Part shown: one piece after another, positions 42,876-62,029 of the stretch | Numbering within the stretch: position 1 is the stretch's first letter | How the letters are laid out: each line of letters starts with the position of its first letter | Assembly: GCF_009914755.1 (NCBI RefSeq) | Contig: NC_060936.1 | DNA length: 64,000 nucleotides | Strand: one strand, 5' to 3' | Origin: the human T2T-CHM13v2.0 reference genome, Homo sapiens | Translations under genes and position numbers: made by a program | The notes under the pieces: generated by a model | Database searches by the model: none | Seen by the model: the letters and a program-made list of their open reading frames with translations, nothing else | What the model was told of the DNA's origin: nothing

Positions 42876-45070
42876 GGTGAAAAGCTAAGCTTCTTATGAG
42901 CAAGTACCCTCTTATTCATCATGGTATGCTTTATATACTAGATCATTAAAATGTGTTGACTTATATTCAATTGACTTACTATGAAGCTGTAAGAGGACTT
43001 TGGAGCACCCTTCCTGCCTCCTACCCTCCCTTTTGTTTCTTCAAAAAATGTTTACCTTAGGAGAGAGCTGAAGAAAATTGCAGCTGTCTGATTTGTGTTT
43101 TTCAGGGCTCGAAGATACCTTTGAGATTATTTTGTTCAAAACCACGATTTGACTTAATTGAGGCAGATTTCTCTGGCCTGCTCAGAATCAAAGCTAACAG
43201 TACTTTTCAAGGTTGCTAACTTTGCATACTAACTAGGCTAGTTAGTAGTTAAGAAAAATGCTGAGATAATTTTTTTTCGTTTAGTACAAAGTTATTGCCA
43301 GAGTTGATTTTGTAAGAGCTTAATTTTCAACAGTGGTTCAGTGCTGTGTAAGTAAACCTCAGAACAAATTGATTTGTAAGTGTTGCCTAACATACTTGGG
43401 AAAAGTAAACATGTTTTAGTTTTATGCTTAGGGTATAGACTTTTGATTAATGAAAGGCCTATGCTGTTATTATCCCTAAAATGGCAGCTTCTGATTTAAA
43501 ATAGTTATCACAGGCACCATGGTTGATATTCCTGTTGGTCCTGTTAGATGTGGTGTGACTTCATTTGAGGCTAAAGCCATTGGCATTAGACTTTGACATT
43601 CACTCTGCTTGACTGGCCTGTTTGTTCACTTGCTCATTTTCTCTTTTGCATAGCCCCATCTTATGTCCCTAAACCAAAGGAAAATTATCTACTCAGTCTC
43701 TTTCATAGGTTATGATCATAGTATTTTAAGTGTACATATGGGATACTGTTTTCATATTTTTTTCACAGTGTAATTGCTTAACATAACATACAAATTAGAC
43801 ATTTGGACCTTTGAAGGTCTGGAAGCAGAACTTCAGTCTACCTTCTGAAGATTGAGTGTGAGGATTAAATGAGACAGAGTAGATGTTACTTTATTACCAT
43901 TCCTATTTTGGTATTTTGAATAGCTAACATTTATTAAATGTTTATTCTGTAGTAAATGGTTTATATTTAATCCTCTAAACCATATGAGGTACCCACTATT
44001 ATTACTTACCTCCATTTTACTGAAAATTGAGGCATAGGGAGATATGGATTTTTCCCATGGTCATATAGCTAGCATGTGGTGGAGCCAGAATTGAACCTCT
44101 TCCTTCAGAAACCATCCTTTTAATCCCTTACTGTTTCATTCATTCAACAGATCTATATTGAGCACCTGATATGTAGCAGGCACTGTGAAAGTACTTTGTA
44201 AAAAGTAAAGCACTGAAAAGAGCGTAGTTACTTAATTGATCCCTCGCTTCTCTTTTCCTAATGGTTTAAAGAGAATTACACCGCTATATTGGCCTCAGTC
44301 TCCATCAGTAGGCCAAGACTTTCTCAAGAAAATAAACTATGCTCTATATGTTATTACATCCCTAGTGTCCAGAATCGTGCCTGGGACAGAATAAGCACTT
44401 AGTAAATGGTTCATAAATTAAGGATGAATGAACGAAAGAAGGAAGGAAGGAAGAAAAGCAAACCTCCTCCAAAATTCTGTTTTTTTTCTTGCTTTTTAAA
44501 CATTACTTAAAGACCACTGAACCCTCTGGTATTGAATTTTCATTGCAGTAAAAATCAGGATAATGAAGTAAATGGCTTCAGCAATTTATTTCAATTAATG
44601 TAAATTAGATGCCAAATTACCATGTCTTTTGCCTTCCCTGTTTATTTTTTATTGTATTCTAATTTCATCTTATCCTCTCGTCATCTCTATTTTAAAAATG
44701 CACTAGGTTTTCATTGCTACTTTACTTTGTTATATACCTTTGACTATGACATTTCCCAAGAGAACATTTTTTTCCCACTATTTCAGATTTCAAGATGGAG
44801 GAAAATGGGGGCTCCTGCGTTCGCCCTGCATAGAGTGACATAAGTAGATATCACGGGATTCTTGACCCCTAGCCAGTGGCTCATCTTGTTTGCTAGGCTT
44901 TCTTTGATTATTTTTTCTTACTGACTTTATCCCTTGATTTAAATCCCTCTATAAATATTAAAGGGAATAAACGAAATAAATAAATGAAATCCAGGGATGT
45001 TAGAAGATTTTCTTTAGTTTTTCACTTTCTTTCCACTCATGATAATTGAGCATAGACAAACATGCAGTTC

Positions 45071-45360
45071 AGCCGAGCGTGGTGGCTTACACCTGTAATC
45101 CTAGCATTTTGGGAGGCTGAGGTGGGAGGGTCACTTGAGGTCAGGAGTTTGAGACCATCCTGGCCAACATGGCAAAACCCCATCTTTACTAAAAATTGGT
45201 CGGGCGTGGTGACACATGCCTGTAATCTAATCCCAGCTACTCAGGAGCCTAAGGCATGAGAATCGCTTGAACCTGGGAGGTGGAGGTTGCAGTGAGCAGA
45301 TAATGGGCCACTGTACTCCAGCCTGGGTGACAGAGCAAGACTCTGTCAAAAAAACAAACA
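45071..45360 (+). mobile_element. AluS-like
   Basis: TSD AAACATGCAGTTCA on both sides. Confidence 0.9.
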
Positions 45361-45418
45361 AAACATGCAGTTCATCTTTCCCTCAGTAGATATCGAAAGA
45401 GTGGGATAAAAGGAAAAA

Positions 45419-45598
45419 TATATATGTGTGTGTGTATATGTATACATATACACACACACATATACACATTATATATACACATTATATATACACGTTATAT
45501 ATAATTTTGTATGTATATAAAATAATGTGTATATATGTTTGTGTGTGTATATATATATATACACACCAAATATATATATATATATACACACACATACA
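45419..45598. repeat. Compound (TA/TG/CA)n microsatellite
   Basis: Alternating purine-pyrimidine tract. Confidence 0.92.
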
Positions 45599-45656
45599 CC
45601 AAAGACTATAAGTCATTAAGATATCTTTGCATAAATCACTATTAAAACATGGTGGG

Positions 45657-46285
<629 letters not shown>

Positions 46286-46794
46286 AAACATTGTGGCTAG
46301 AGTAGTATTTACATCTTCTGCATTTAGCAGTGGGAATTTGTGACTGTCCAGGAAACAAAACTTCAATAGAAACTGGTACCCCTCTCCAAAACAGCATTTT
46401 GCCTACTCATCATTTTGTAAAGGCTAAATAGGCAACTGTGTAACCTGCGGTTAATAGAGTATTAAGTTAAATTCTTTTGAGCTAATGAAGTCATGTTCTT
46501 CATGTTTGTTGTTATCAATGGCTATAACCCAGCTGATTCTACATCTATATACCCATTGTTTGTTGTTTAAAAAAGAAAGAGTTGTTTCATCTGATTTTTT
46601 TTGAGCCCAGACTTGGGCATTTATTATCTTCTAAGCTTGAAACTGTTTCACCTTTAGGGTTTGGCTAAGCCAAGTCCATTTTTTTTTTTTTAGCAAGCAT
46701 ATTAAAATATTTTATACAATATTTTGGATTTGGATGGAGAATAAGCAAGATCTTTAATTTTCTTTAGATTTGACTTCTAGTGCCTTTTTAAAAA

Positions 46795-46980
46795 CGTTTA
46801 TTTTAGGTTCAGGGGTACATCAGGCTTGTTACAGAGGTAAGTTGCATGTTGCAGGGGTTCGGTGTACAGATTATTTCGTCATTCAGGTAGTAAGCATAGT
46901 ACCTGATAGGTAGTTTTTTGATCCTCACCCTCCTCCCACCCTCTACCCTCAAGTAGGCCCCAGTGTCTGTTGTTCCTTTC
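46795..46980 (-). mobile_element. L1P 3' end fragment
   Basis: GGTTCAGGGGTACATCAGGCTTGTTACAGAGGTAAGTTGCATG...CCCTCAAGTAGGCCCCAGTGTC. Confidence 0.8.
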
Positions 46981-47196
46981 TTTATATAAAGCATATCTAG
47001 GACTGCATTTTTATTCATTAATATATTTATATACAAAATACTTTATAATTTCTTACATTTTATACTCCTTTGGATCTGTAACATTATTATCATTGTGCAA
47101 AAAATATTCTCACATTATATAAGCTGTATTTTATGGTTACAGAGCTCCATTTTATTGTTAATGATTTCTTTTGATTTGGCTGTTAATTTCTTTTGA

Positions 47197-47433
<237 letters not shown>

Positions 47434-47512
47434 TGAATTCCAAACCTTAATATTACTTGCTTGCAAGGAACTTTTTTTTTAAATATCCTTTTCATTTCTC
47501 TTGTCTTTTTAA

Positions 47513-47728
<216 letters not shown>

Positions 47729-49285
47729 TAAATATCCTTTAGGCATGAGGAGAGTAAAAGGGGAGCTGTAAAAGAGAGTATTTGACTCATTACTTTAGTA
47801 GGTAATGACATTTACAATCAGCTGTAAATCTGTTATCGAGCCAACACAGCTAGACCAAATTAATTCTTTGCTTTACTCTTTACAAAGGGACATTCTAATC
47901 CTCTTATTTCTGTTTGCCTTTTGAGGCAGATATGCTGTTTTTCTAGATCAAATACTTTTATGTTTGTTCTAGACATGTTTGATGAACTCCATACAAGTCA
48001 TATAGAGATAGAAAGCATCCACCAAAGTGTTCTGAAGGATTTCAAGAATGACATTTTGAAGTTCTTCCCCAAATTCCTAACTCCATATATAAGAAGGGTT
48101 CCCTAGGGTTTACTAGGCATTTTGCCTGCCATGTCCAGTGTGCTATAAATCTTATCCAGAGAATTATTATAAACACTGTGTTTTTCCATTCAGTAATGTA
48201 CATTTTAGTTGTTTCGTAGGGATTCCATTTTCTGTTGAAATTTTCCATTTTTTTATCCATTTTAAAAAAAGGTCATTTCCTCTAATTTAACATATTTTTG
48301 ATAGCTATTTGAAAGTCCTTGATTGCAAATTTCAACATCTAGTCACTTACAGTTCTGTAATCTGCTTCTTTCTTGATTGTGAGTCACCTATTTCTGCCTC
48401 TTCATTTGGCTCATGTTTAATTGTATATCTGGCATAGACACTTGAGTACATATTTTCCTCCAGAGAGGGTACACCTTTTCTTCTATCAGGAAGATAGGAT
48501 AAGGGGCTGATCACTTTGATTCAATTAGGAGTTGGGCTGGGTTGAAACTTTAATTTCATCTCACCTCTTAGTATAGGTGTCTTATTAGGAGATACATCTT
48601 GTATGTGTTACTGACACTCACACCCATACCCTACTCTTGCTAACAAGACTAAGGGATCTGATGACCACAATACTATTATGATGTCTCCCTGCTTTCCAGC
48701 CCATTCCCAGCTTCCCACCCAGTACACTCAGCCAAAGTCTTGTAAGGGGGAAGCATTAGGTGGGGAAAAACGAGCTATATGTTTGTGGTTCCTACAGATG
48801 ACAATCTGTAACTCAAGTCCACAAGGTCATTGAAAGCCCTTCTAGTTTTTGCCTACCTCAGCAGAGTCCCTCTGATTATGCAAAGCTTGATCTTTCTTGT
48901 ACCTTCTCCTCATACTCAGCAGATATGACCAGGGAGAAAGCAGCCACCGATACTAGGAAAGATTTGTCCCTCTCTTTTCTTCAAAGTACCACTTGAATTA
49001 TCTAGTTGGTTTATTACCTGTCTCTACCCCTAGATTGTATACTTTTTGAGAATAGAGAGAGTTCTGGTCACTACTCTGTAGCCAGTGCCCATAAAGCTAT
49101 GTTATCTCTAGCTATTTAATTTGTATTTGCTAAGGTTTTTTCCTGGGTTATTTCAAACACTGGGGTGGAATTGAACAGGGGATGATTTCGTTAAACAAGT
49201 AAGTAGAGGTTATTCCTAGAAGCCTGTATAAACACAGAAATGGCAGCAAAAAGTGAAGAAAGATTCTGGAGAGTAACCAGCTATT

Positions 49286-49292
49286 ACACACA

Positions 49293-49332
<40 letters not shown>
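49286..49332. repeat. (CA)n microsatellite
   Basis: AC run with one interruption. Confidence 0.95.
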
Positions 49333-49334
<2 letters not shown>

Positions 49335-49842
49335 TTTGAGGAAAACTCAGTGGAAAGGCAAAGGAATCTCTACATGACAGTACCAAAGTCTTCATTGATT
49401 ACATTATGTTCTATTCATTAATGTTGACATTACTGAGCCTTTATTATCAGGTATACTCATAAACATAATTTATTATTATGTTTAGTATATTTTTAACTAA
49501 TGGTAAGAATGTATAATATGTTACATAAACATTTTCATCAATATAAAATCTTCAATAATTTAATGGAGAAATCTTTACTTTTCAGCAATAATTGTATAAA
49601 AACAAGTTCTCAACCACATTAGATAAATAAAACTTATTTCTGTATATGCAAACAATGAGAACTAGATTAAAGGGCCCAAATATTAATATAGGTATTTTAT
49701 GACAAATTCAGTTCTTTTAAAGCTACTTTAAGGTTGTCTTGATGTCCTCCCAAAGCATAATATTTGTATGAATACCTTAATTGTTCCACATTTCATTATA
49801 AAATACTTTAGTTTTCTAGTAGCTATTGGAAAGCAAAGATAA

Positions 49843-50182
<340 letters not shown>

Positions 50183-50201
50183 TAAAAAAAGTTCTTTATC
50201 A

Positions 50202-50868
<667 letters not shown>

Positions 50869-51187
50869 TAGAGGAAAGGTAATAGCCAACAACATTTGCT
50901 ATCTGAGGCATTTATCCTGCAGGTTTACCCCAAAGTGATCTTTGGAATCCATTCAGTAAATATGCAAGGAATTCTGCTACAACGATAAAAAAATGAATCA
51001 AGTACTGGGTGTCTACACATGTCCTGGTACTCATATTATTCCACTCAAAACTACGTAATCCATGTTTGTGTTATAGTTATATTGTGGCTGTAGGGTTGAA
51101 TAACTTCTATTGCTTTAAAAAGACAAATAATTTCATAGAGGTGAAAAGAGTTACAACCTGGGTGTCAGGAAACCCGGAATCTTTTTA

Positions 51188-51218
<31 letters not shown>

Positions 51219-52416
51219 TTATTATACTTTAAGTCAACTGCCTCTTACTATGTAAGCTTGAATATGTATCATTTTATCTGTCCTGACTCTCATTTTCAAA
51301 TAACAGATTTAATGTCTCTCTCATTTTAGAGCCTGCAACATGGTTGCATCATATATTTCTTAACTTGTTAATTTTAGTTATCATTATTATTTATTATTTA
51401 CTGTGTACTTCGGAGTAGGTGAAACACTTTGCATATGTTATCTTATGTAATCTGCATAGCGAATGAATGAAGTGGACATTTCTACCCAGTTTTACAGAGG
51501 AGGAAAACTGCCTCACTGAAATATGAAGTAATTGACTCAAGGCAAAAACAGCTAATAAATGGTACTGTCAGGATTTGGATTCAGGTTCTTATGTTACTCA
51601 AGAAATAGCGGTTTTAAAGAGAGAGAGAGAAACCTCTCCATTGTGTAATAAAAATTCTAATGGGACTATTATTCTGAGCAAAAGAGAGAAAAACATTTTT
51701 ACAAATCTTCTGGTCAATGTGTAGGCAAACTATAGACTAGCTGTTTAGTTAAATTTAAGTGTTCAGAAAAATTGGATTTGACACACATAGATACTACCAT
51801 TTTTAAGCTTTTTTCTAAGGAGGACCATGATTAACCCATTCCTAAAGTGTGGAGAAAAATGTTTCTCATTAAAACAAGGTTTATGAAGAGACTGACAATT
51901 CTGAAAAAAAAAATGAAATTGAAATTGTCCAGTAATTGATCTTGTCATTCAAATAATTACTATCAGAAGAAAGACCCTTTCTCTTGCTGACCCTTGCCTA
52001 GAATCAAGAGACTGCCCTTGCCTTTGCCTGCATGTGACTTGGATGACTATTAGTCATTTTCATCAGTAGCTCAGAGATCTAAGAAAACTCTGTACAACAG
52101 ATGCTACAGTTATTTTTCCTCCCCTGTGTTGCCTGTTAGTTGCAAATTAGAACAGAAGTTCCAAAAACCTTAATACTGCTTTTGGATGATGACAGGAGAG
52201 ACTTCTTGAAAAAAAGGAGGATATGATTAAGGGATTTCCACAAAATCCCTTGTGGTCAGAAACCTGGAGGATGTAATATTTCTGCTTTTTTCAATATTAA
52301 AATAGAAATTTTCTTAAATAGGGAACTTGAACTGTTTAGATAGAATTTGAAAAATGTTAAGGTTATTTCTTTTGTGTGAGCTTTCTCCTTAAAAAAAAAA
52401 AAAAAAAAAAAAAAAA

Positions 52417-52731
52417 GCTGGGCGTGGTGGCTGAAGCATGTCATCCCAGCACTTTGAGAGGCCAGCTTGAGGCCTCAAGAGGATAGCTTGAGGCCAGGTT
52501 TCCAAGACCAGCCTTGGCAACATAGCAAGATCTTATATCTACAAAAAACTTTTTAAAAATTTAGCCGGACATGGTGCTGTATACCTGTAGTACCAGATCC
52601 TTAGGAGGCTGAGGTGGGAGGATTGCTTGAGCCTAAGATTTCAAGGTTATAATGAGCTATGATTGCACCATTGCACTCCAGCCTGGGAGGCAGAGTGAAA
52701 CCCTGACTCGAAAAAATAAAAAAGTAAAAAT
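52417..52731 (+). mobile_element. AluJ-like, preceded by A26 (52391-52416)
   Basis: Degenerate dimer. Confidence 0.85.
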
Positions 52732-52887
52732 AAATTTAAAAATCATTTTTATGTGACTGATTTTTACTGGGTTATTCATTTTTCTCAGTACTGTAGAAAT
52801 GAATTCATTGTTCTGTATTATAATAAAGTTTTGATATATGTGAATGAATATTAAAAACAGTATTCATGACATTTATACTACCTTTAG

Positions 52888-52983
<96 letters not shown>

Positions 52984-53336
52984 TAAAAACAAATAAACCT
53001 TTATAACCTTTGTACTAAATCTTAATAATTATATTTCTAGATACTGATTTCTGATACTTCAGACATCTTAGGATCTTTGTAATTACTTTGTTCATGTGAG
53101 GAAGACATGTAAAATATGTGTTTACATGGCTTCAATAAAGTGAGAAACATTATCTGGCTAGACCACACTACTTTTACTTACTGTACTATATGTTAAAATA
53201 TATATGTGAAGTAAATTTGGAGAGTAATGTTTGAATAATTGAATGGAGGGTGACATTTCATGTATTGGTTTAGCCAGATGAGAGGGAGTGATTAGTACTG
53301 CACTTGTACTCAAAGGTCTATTTTGGTTTCTTTTAG

Positions 53337-53508
53337 ATATGGCTATTTTGGCAAAGAGAAGCTTAAGGAAATAAAACTTTTGGTTTGCAATATTGATGGA
53401 TGTCTCACCAATGGCCACATTTATGTATCAGGAGACCAAAAAGAAATAATATCTTATGATGTAAAAGATGCTATTGGGATAAGTTTATTAAAGAAAAGTG
53501 GTATTGAG
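53337..53508 (+). CDS. CMAS: CMAS coding exon 6 (start of the HAD-like C-terminal domain)
   Basis: tag|[32 protein letters not shown]...KKSGIE, donor GTATGT. 172 nt. Confidence 0.97.
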
Positions 53509-54336
53509 GTATGTGCTCCCTGAATATAGCAGTATTTTATAATATTTTGATTCAGGGTCAAAGAACATGCAAGGAATTAAGAGATTTAAATTTTTAGTAT
53601 TAACTCTTAAAATATCTGAAATTTGGCCTTCATACGCCTAGAAAATTATTATACTATTTAGTTTTAGATGAGTAGAATTAGGAATTTGTTAATCAGCAAA
53701 TAATATTTCTTGTTTATTCAGTAAATATAAACATAACTACTTTTAAATGGGAGCTATCTAATGTTTCCCAAAGGATCTTGCAGCAAGAAAGATTCCCTAG
53801 ATAATAGGTGTACCATTTTAGAAAAGGACGATATCCTGTGGATTTTTAAAATCTAGCTTATTCTTATGAATGACATTTTTGATTCAAAATAACTTAACGT
53901 TTAAGTGTATTTTTTTAAATGAAAGCTAGCTAAGATAATTATAATTTACCAGAAATCCTAAATATGTATTGCTAAGCAGCACAAGAGAGAGGTTATAGAC
54001 TTTCCTCTGGATAAATTGAATTATAGGAGAATCTTAGAGTAGTATCAGACAATATATGTTGTAATTTTTACCTGTAGATAGAATCCTTTCTATTGTAGAA
54101 AATAAAATACTGTGTCTCACCTTTATTGGGCTATGAGAAATAAAATGAGCTTTGTTTTAAAGCATCATGATTTTAATTCGACAGTCAGTTTTCTTACTTG
54201 GACCTTCAGAAAGTCAAAAGATGACTCGTTTGTGATTTGGACTGTCTACAAGGTCAATTATTATGAAAGATTTCTGTTTTCTTCACTTTTTAATTTTTCC
54301 CTTCTTCCTCCAATCCTTTTTTTTTTTTTTTTTAAG

Positions 54337-54490
54337 GTGAGGCTAATCTCAGAAAGGGCCTGTTCAAAGCAGACGCTGTCTTCTTTAAAACTGGATTGCA
54401 AAATGGAAGTCAGTGTATCAGACAAGCTAGCAGTTGTAGATGAATGGAGAAAAGAAATGGGCCTGTGCTGGAAAGAAGTGGCATATCTTG
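54337..54490 (+). CDS. CMAS: CMAS coding exon 7
   Basis: T17-aag|[16 protein letters not shown]...KEVAYL, donor GTTGGT. 154 nt. Confidence 0.96.
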
Positions 54491-55852
54491 GTTGGTATCT
54501 TTTTATTCACCCATAGTAAAATGGACCAGGAATTAATTATTTACTTATTTTTAAAGAAATGACAAAGCACATCCTCCAAATGGGTATGATTGTAGGGAAA
54601 TAGGAACTCTTTTAACAAACACTGCTGATCAAACTGTTAAACTGGGACAGTCTTTCTGGAGGTTAGTTTGATAATAGGTATCAAATGTAGAATGATTATT
54701 AGCACAAGCTGTGAAGTCAGACTGTACCACTGATTAGCCAGTTGTGATAAGATGAATGTTGTTTCCTCATCTGTAAACTGGAGATATCGAGAGTACCTAT
54801 TACCGTAGGGCTCTGGAAGGGATTAATAAAATAATATGAGTAAAGCACTTAGCAGAATTTCTAGTACATATGAATTACACTCTGAATAGTTTTTGCTGCT
54901 AATTGAATGTACATACTTTTTCCTCCAAATTCCAATTCCAGGAAAGAAATGAGACAAATGGGCCAATAGTGAAGTTAAAAGAACCCACTTAAATGTCCTG
55001 TGAAAAATAGAATATCCCTAAAAAGGATTACTATGCAACCATTACAAACAGTGCTGTGACCTGTATTTATTTGCATGATCAAATATAACAATGTTTTTCA
55101 CTTGGATATTAAGCAATACACTTACTTACCAGGTACCTATGATGATACGCAGCATGGAACTGGTTGTGGGAACTGTAGGCTTTCTGCTTGCAGAGCTTAC
55201 AGTCTGATGATGTCAACATTTTAAAATTGATAAGTTATTAAGATGCATAATAACTATAAATCATGTATGAAAGCAGTATTTACAAGGGTAATATGAGCCT
55301 CAAAATAAGAAGCACAGGAAAAACTTTGGGAGCATGTGATCTAGAGACTTCAGGAATAACCCTTAAACCACACATGAAGATTTAATGGACATAAATGCTG
55401 CAGAATGTTTGTTAAAGACAGATCCAATTTTTATTAGAAGAAAATTTTAGTGGAATGTATAACAAATTCCAACTATACTTATTATCTTTCTTTGGGATGT
55501 TAAGCAAGCTTCTGTATACCTTAGTTTTCTACTTAGAATATAAACACAAACCAAATTTTATAAAGCCATTAGAAAGAAAAACAAAGATAATATAAAATGC
55601 TTAACATAGTGCCTACAGATAGTAATAAGTGTATCATTTATATAGGTAAAACTCTAGAATTATATGTGTCAAAATGTAGTGATTATCTACAAATAGTGAT
55701 AATTAGGATGATTGTGACTTTTTTGCTTCTATTTTTTAAAAAAATATTTCTACCACGAATACGTATTACTTATATGACATTAAAAAAAAAACACACACAC
55801 ACACACTTTAAAAGGAGAGGTAAGAAAATGGAGAAGAGCATTTACATTTTTA

Positions 55853-56125
<273 letters not shown>

Positions 56126-57176
56126 CTAACTTTTTTTATTTTAGTGAAAACGATTCAAATTTCAACACATTTAATAATAAATGAGAAAATTTCAGTAGAT
56201 AAGCATAGAACAAATGTAAAAGAAACTCTCTTCAACCAAGATTGTACTATTGTATGTGGTCTAAAGTATAGTAATAGTTTTACTCAGAATGGTGAATTAA
56301 AGATACTGGGAGCTTCTGAAATGCATCCTATTCCAAAAAAGGGGTTAACAGAGAGGGAGGAAAAGGATATCGTTATGTCAGTATGATTTAGTATCTATTT
56401 TTATTCTTTAAAAATGGTAATTTTTCAGCAACTATTAATAAATGGCATACCAATCAGAACCATTACAGATTAAAAGAGATTTAAGAGATTATATATATAT
56501 AAACAAAAGACCATATGTTAACCTTATTTCATTCCTGATTCAAATAAGTCAGCTATAAAAGGACAATTTTGAGACAGCTGGGGGTATCTCAACATATACT
56601 AGGTTATTAGAGGATATTAAGGAACTATTACTGATTTTGTGGGTTTAATGATATTCTGTCAGATAAAAAATTATATTTATCAGAGATAAATATTGAAGAG
56701 TTTTTGGATAAAATATTATGTCTGGGAATTCCTTCTTCTCCCTTTCCCCAAATAAACTAGGGGGCAGTGCATAGAAAACAATATTACTAAGTGATTTTAA
56801 ATTCTGATAATTTTTCAATATAAAATTGGGGTTCTCGCATATGTTTGAAATTTTGCTTAATGAAAAATTTAAATAACTTACTTAGAATTCATATATAAAA
56901 TTTCTAACATTTGTAATATGCATGGCAGGTAGCAATTATGCTCCATTCTTCTTCTCTAGCTCATAAGAGTTTATTTTTGATTGCTTAGGGAAAACCCTGG
57001 ACCTCAATTATACTGTAAAATATTTTTGTTCCATCTAATCTTTAGTATTCTTATATGCAGTGCCCCTAGGTCTTACTGAAGTTGCCAGAGTTACCTGTTG
57101 GTTGCTGTCTGCATTATTTAGCTAGAATATTCTTTGTCTCTTTAAATGTTTGCTCAGTATTTATTTTACTTGATAG

Positions 57177-57367
57177 GAAATGAAGTGTCTGATGAAGAGT
57201 GCTTGAAGAGAGTGGGCCTAAGTGGCGCTCCTGCTGATGCCTGTTCTACTGCCCAGAAGGCTGTTGGATACATTTGCAAATGTAATGGTGGCCGTGGTGC
57301 CATCCGAGAATTTGCAGAGCACATTTGCCTACTAATGGAAAAGGTTAATAATTCATGCCAAAAATAG
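57177..57367 (+). CDS. CMAS: CMAS coding exon 8 (last)
   Basis: tag|[21 protein letters not shown]...[13 protein letters not shown]...NSCQK then TAG. Total CDS is 1305 nt (434 aa). Confidence 0.97.
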
Positions 57368-57698
57368 AAATTAGCGTAATATTGAGAAAAAAATGATACA
57401 GCCTTCTTCAGCCAGTTTGCTTTTATTTTTGATTAAGTAAATTCCATGTTGTAATGTTACAGAGAGTGTGATTTGGTTTGTGATATATATATATTGTGCT
57501 CTACTTTTCTCTTTACGCAAGATAATTATTTAGAGACTGATTACAGTCTTTCTCAGATTTTTAGTAAATGCAAGTAAGAACATCATCAAAGTTCACTTTG
57601 TATTGTACCCTGTAAAACTGTGTGTTTGTGTGCTTTCAAAGATGTTGGGATTTTATTTATCTGGGGACAGTGTGTATGGTAAGACATGCCCTTCTATT

Positions 57699-57704
57699 AA
57701 TAAA
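57699..57704 (+). terminator. CMAS: CMAS polyadenylation signal
   Basis: AATAAA ~330 nt after the stop, TGTA elements upstream and T-rich sequence downstream. Confidence 0.85.
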
Positions 57705-57861
57705 ACTACATTTCTCAAACTTGATGAAAACTGCCTTGTTGCTCTAGAAGAAATTTACCATGCATTTTCTTTCTTTCCTTTAAACATTAACCAATCTTAG
57801 TGAGAAACAAGCCACTCGATGCCGGGGTAGAGCATCTGATTGTACTTCACATATGTATACG

Positions 57862-58087
57862 TAACAGCATATGGTCTATGTGGGGGTTGGTTCCAGGACC
57901 ACCCACATATACCAAAATCTGTGCATACTCAAGTACCACAGTCAACACTGTTGAACCCACATATACAAAAAGTGGGCCCTCCATATACTGCATGATTCAC
58001 ATGTATTTTTGATCTGCACATGGTTAAAAAAATTCACATAAAAGTGGACCACACAATTCAAACCCATGTTGTTCAAGGATCAGCAGT
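57862..58087. mobile_element. MER8-like Tigger derivative
   Basis: GGTTGGTTCCAGGACC...ATACCAAAATCTGTGCATACTCAAGT...TTCAAACCCATGTTGTTCAAGGATCAGCAG. Confidence 0.7.
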
Positions 58088-58199
58088 ATACACAAATACA
58101 AATATCCAAATAAATTTATATATTATGAAGATTATGTATTTATTTGGAGGAAGCAAATTATTTGCAGTTACCCCTGAGAGATAATGGTAATTTTGCATA

Positions 58200-60814
<2,615 letters not shown>

Positions 60815-62029
60815 TATTATATATGGTTATCGTCACAACTTTACAGCTGACATAAATCACTCTTCTACCTGATTAGATTCTAACAGTGGAGCATTATCTC
60901 ATAAATGTGGATATTTACCTGATAAAAATCATTTTTGGTGGAACATTTACATCTATTTCCACCATAAAAATAATTCATGTAAAACTCTGACAAGAAGTTG
61001 ACCTTCCAGGTCAACTATACAGGAAGCTGCTTTCCTCTGTCAGGACTGTTGGATTTGCGTACTCCAGAGTATGCCCCTGTAGAACAGACATAAGTTGGAG
61101 AAAAAAAAAAAACCACCAATTTATTTTAAAAACTTTAAATTAATGGTTTATTTTAAATTAAACCATTAAACAAAAATTAATGGTTTATTTATTTTAAAGC
61201 TATTAAAATAAATTAATGGCTTATTAATTTTCTTTACATCTTGTCCTAGTTTTACTCTCATCCTTCCGGTTTTCCTGCTATTAAGTTTATTTTTTCCCAC
61301 TCCTTTGCATTTACACATCCACAAAGGTTCTAACCCCACTTCTTGTTCTTTCCCAGGTATCACATCTCTATTCAAGGTTTCAGCTACAATCTCCATGCAG
61401 ACGAAACTCAAATATAATCTTCAACCCCAATACTCTGTTGTGAGTTCTAGTCACATCTCAAATTCTTCATATTATAGGCCAGGCTCCTGGACTTCATCCC
61501 TCAAGTTGCTGATTTTATCATTATTAAAATCTTACAGCTTTTCAGTTTCTCCTTTTTATCTCTATTCAGATACCAAAGCTTGAGTTTGATACTACTAACC
61601 CAGTGTCCTTTCAATTTATTCAGTACCGTCACCAGATTACTTGTTCAGATTTTTGCTAGTTGTTAACCTTTTTGAAATCTTTTAGTGACTCCATGCTGAC
61701 GACCACAGAATAAAACATACTTCAAACGAAACACTGTAGCCTGGTCACAACCTAATATTTCCAGCCGTCGTTCCTACAAGTTATTGTGGGCCTCTTCACC
61801 CCAGTCATAGCTTATTCTCAAGTCCTACCTTTATCAGCATGAACAATTCATTCCTCAAAAAACTTCTGCTAAAATACCTCCAAAATCAATTTCTCTGTAT
61901 GAGTATAAACCATATTGGAGTCCTTGTTTCGTTTCAATGACTCCAAGCCAAGTACAAGGAGATAATTCAGTTCTCACTGTTACAACTACTTCCTGTGTTC
62001 CTAGTAGTAGGAAATCTTACTCAAGAAAA

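Noticed and set aside
52229-52251. 9-bp hairpin containing an NF-kB-like GGGATTTCC
   Set aside because: Short enough to arise by chance in 64 kb; no supporting context.
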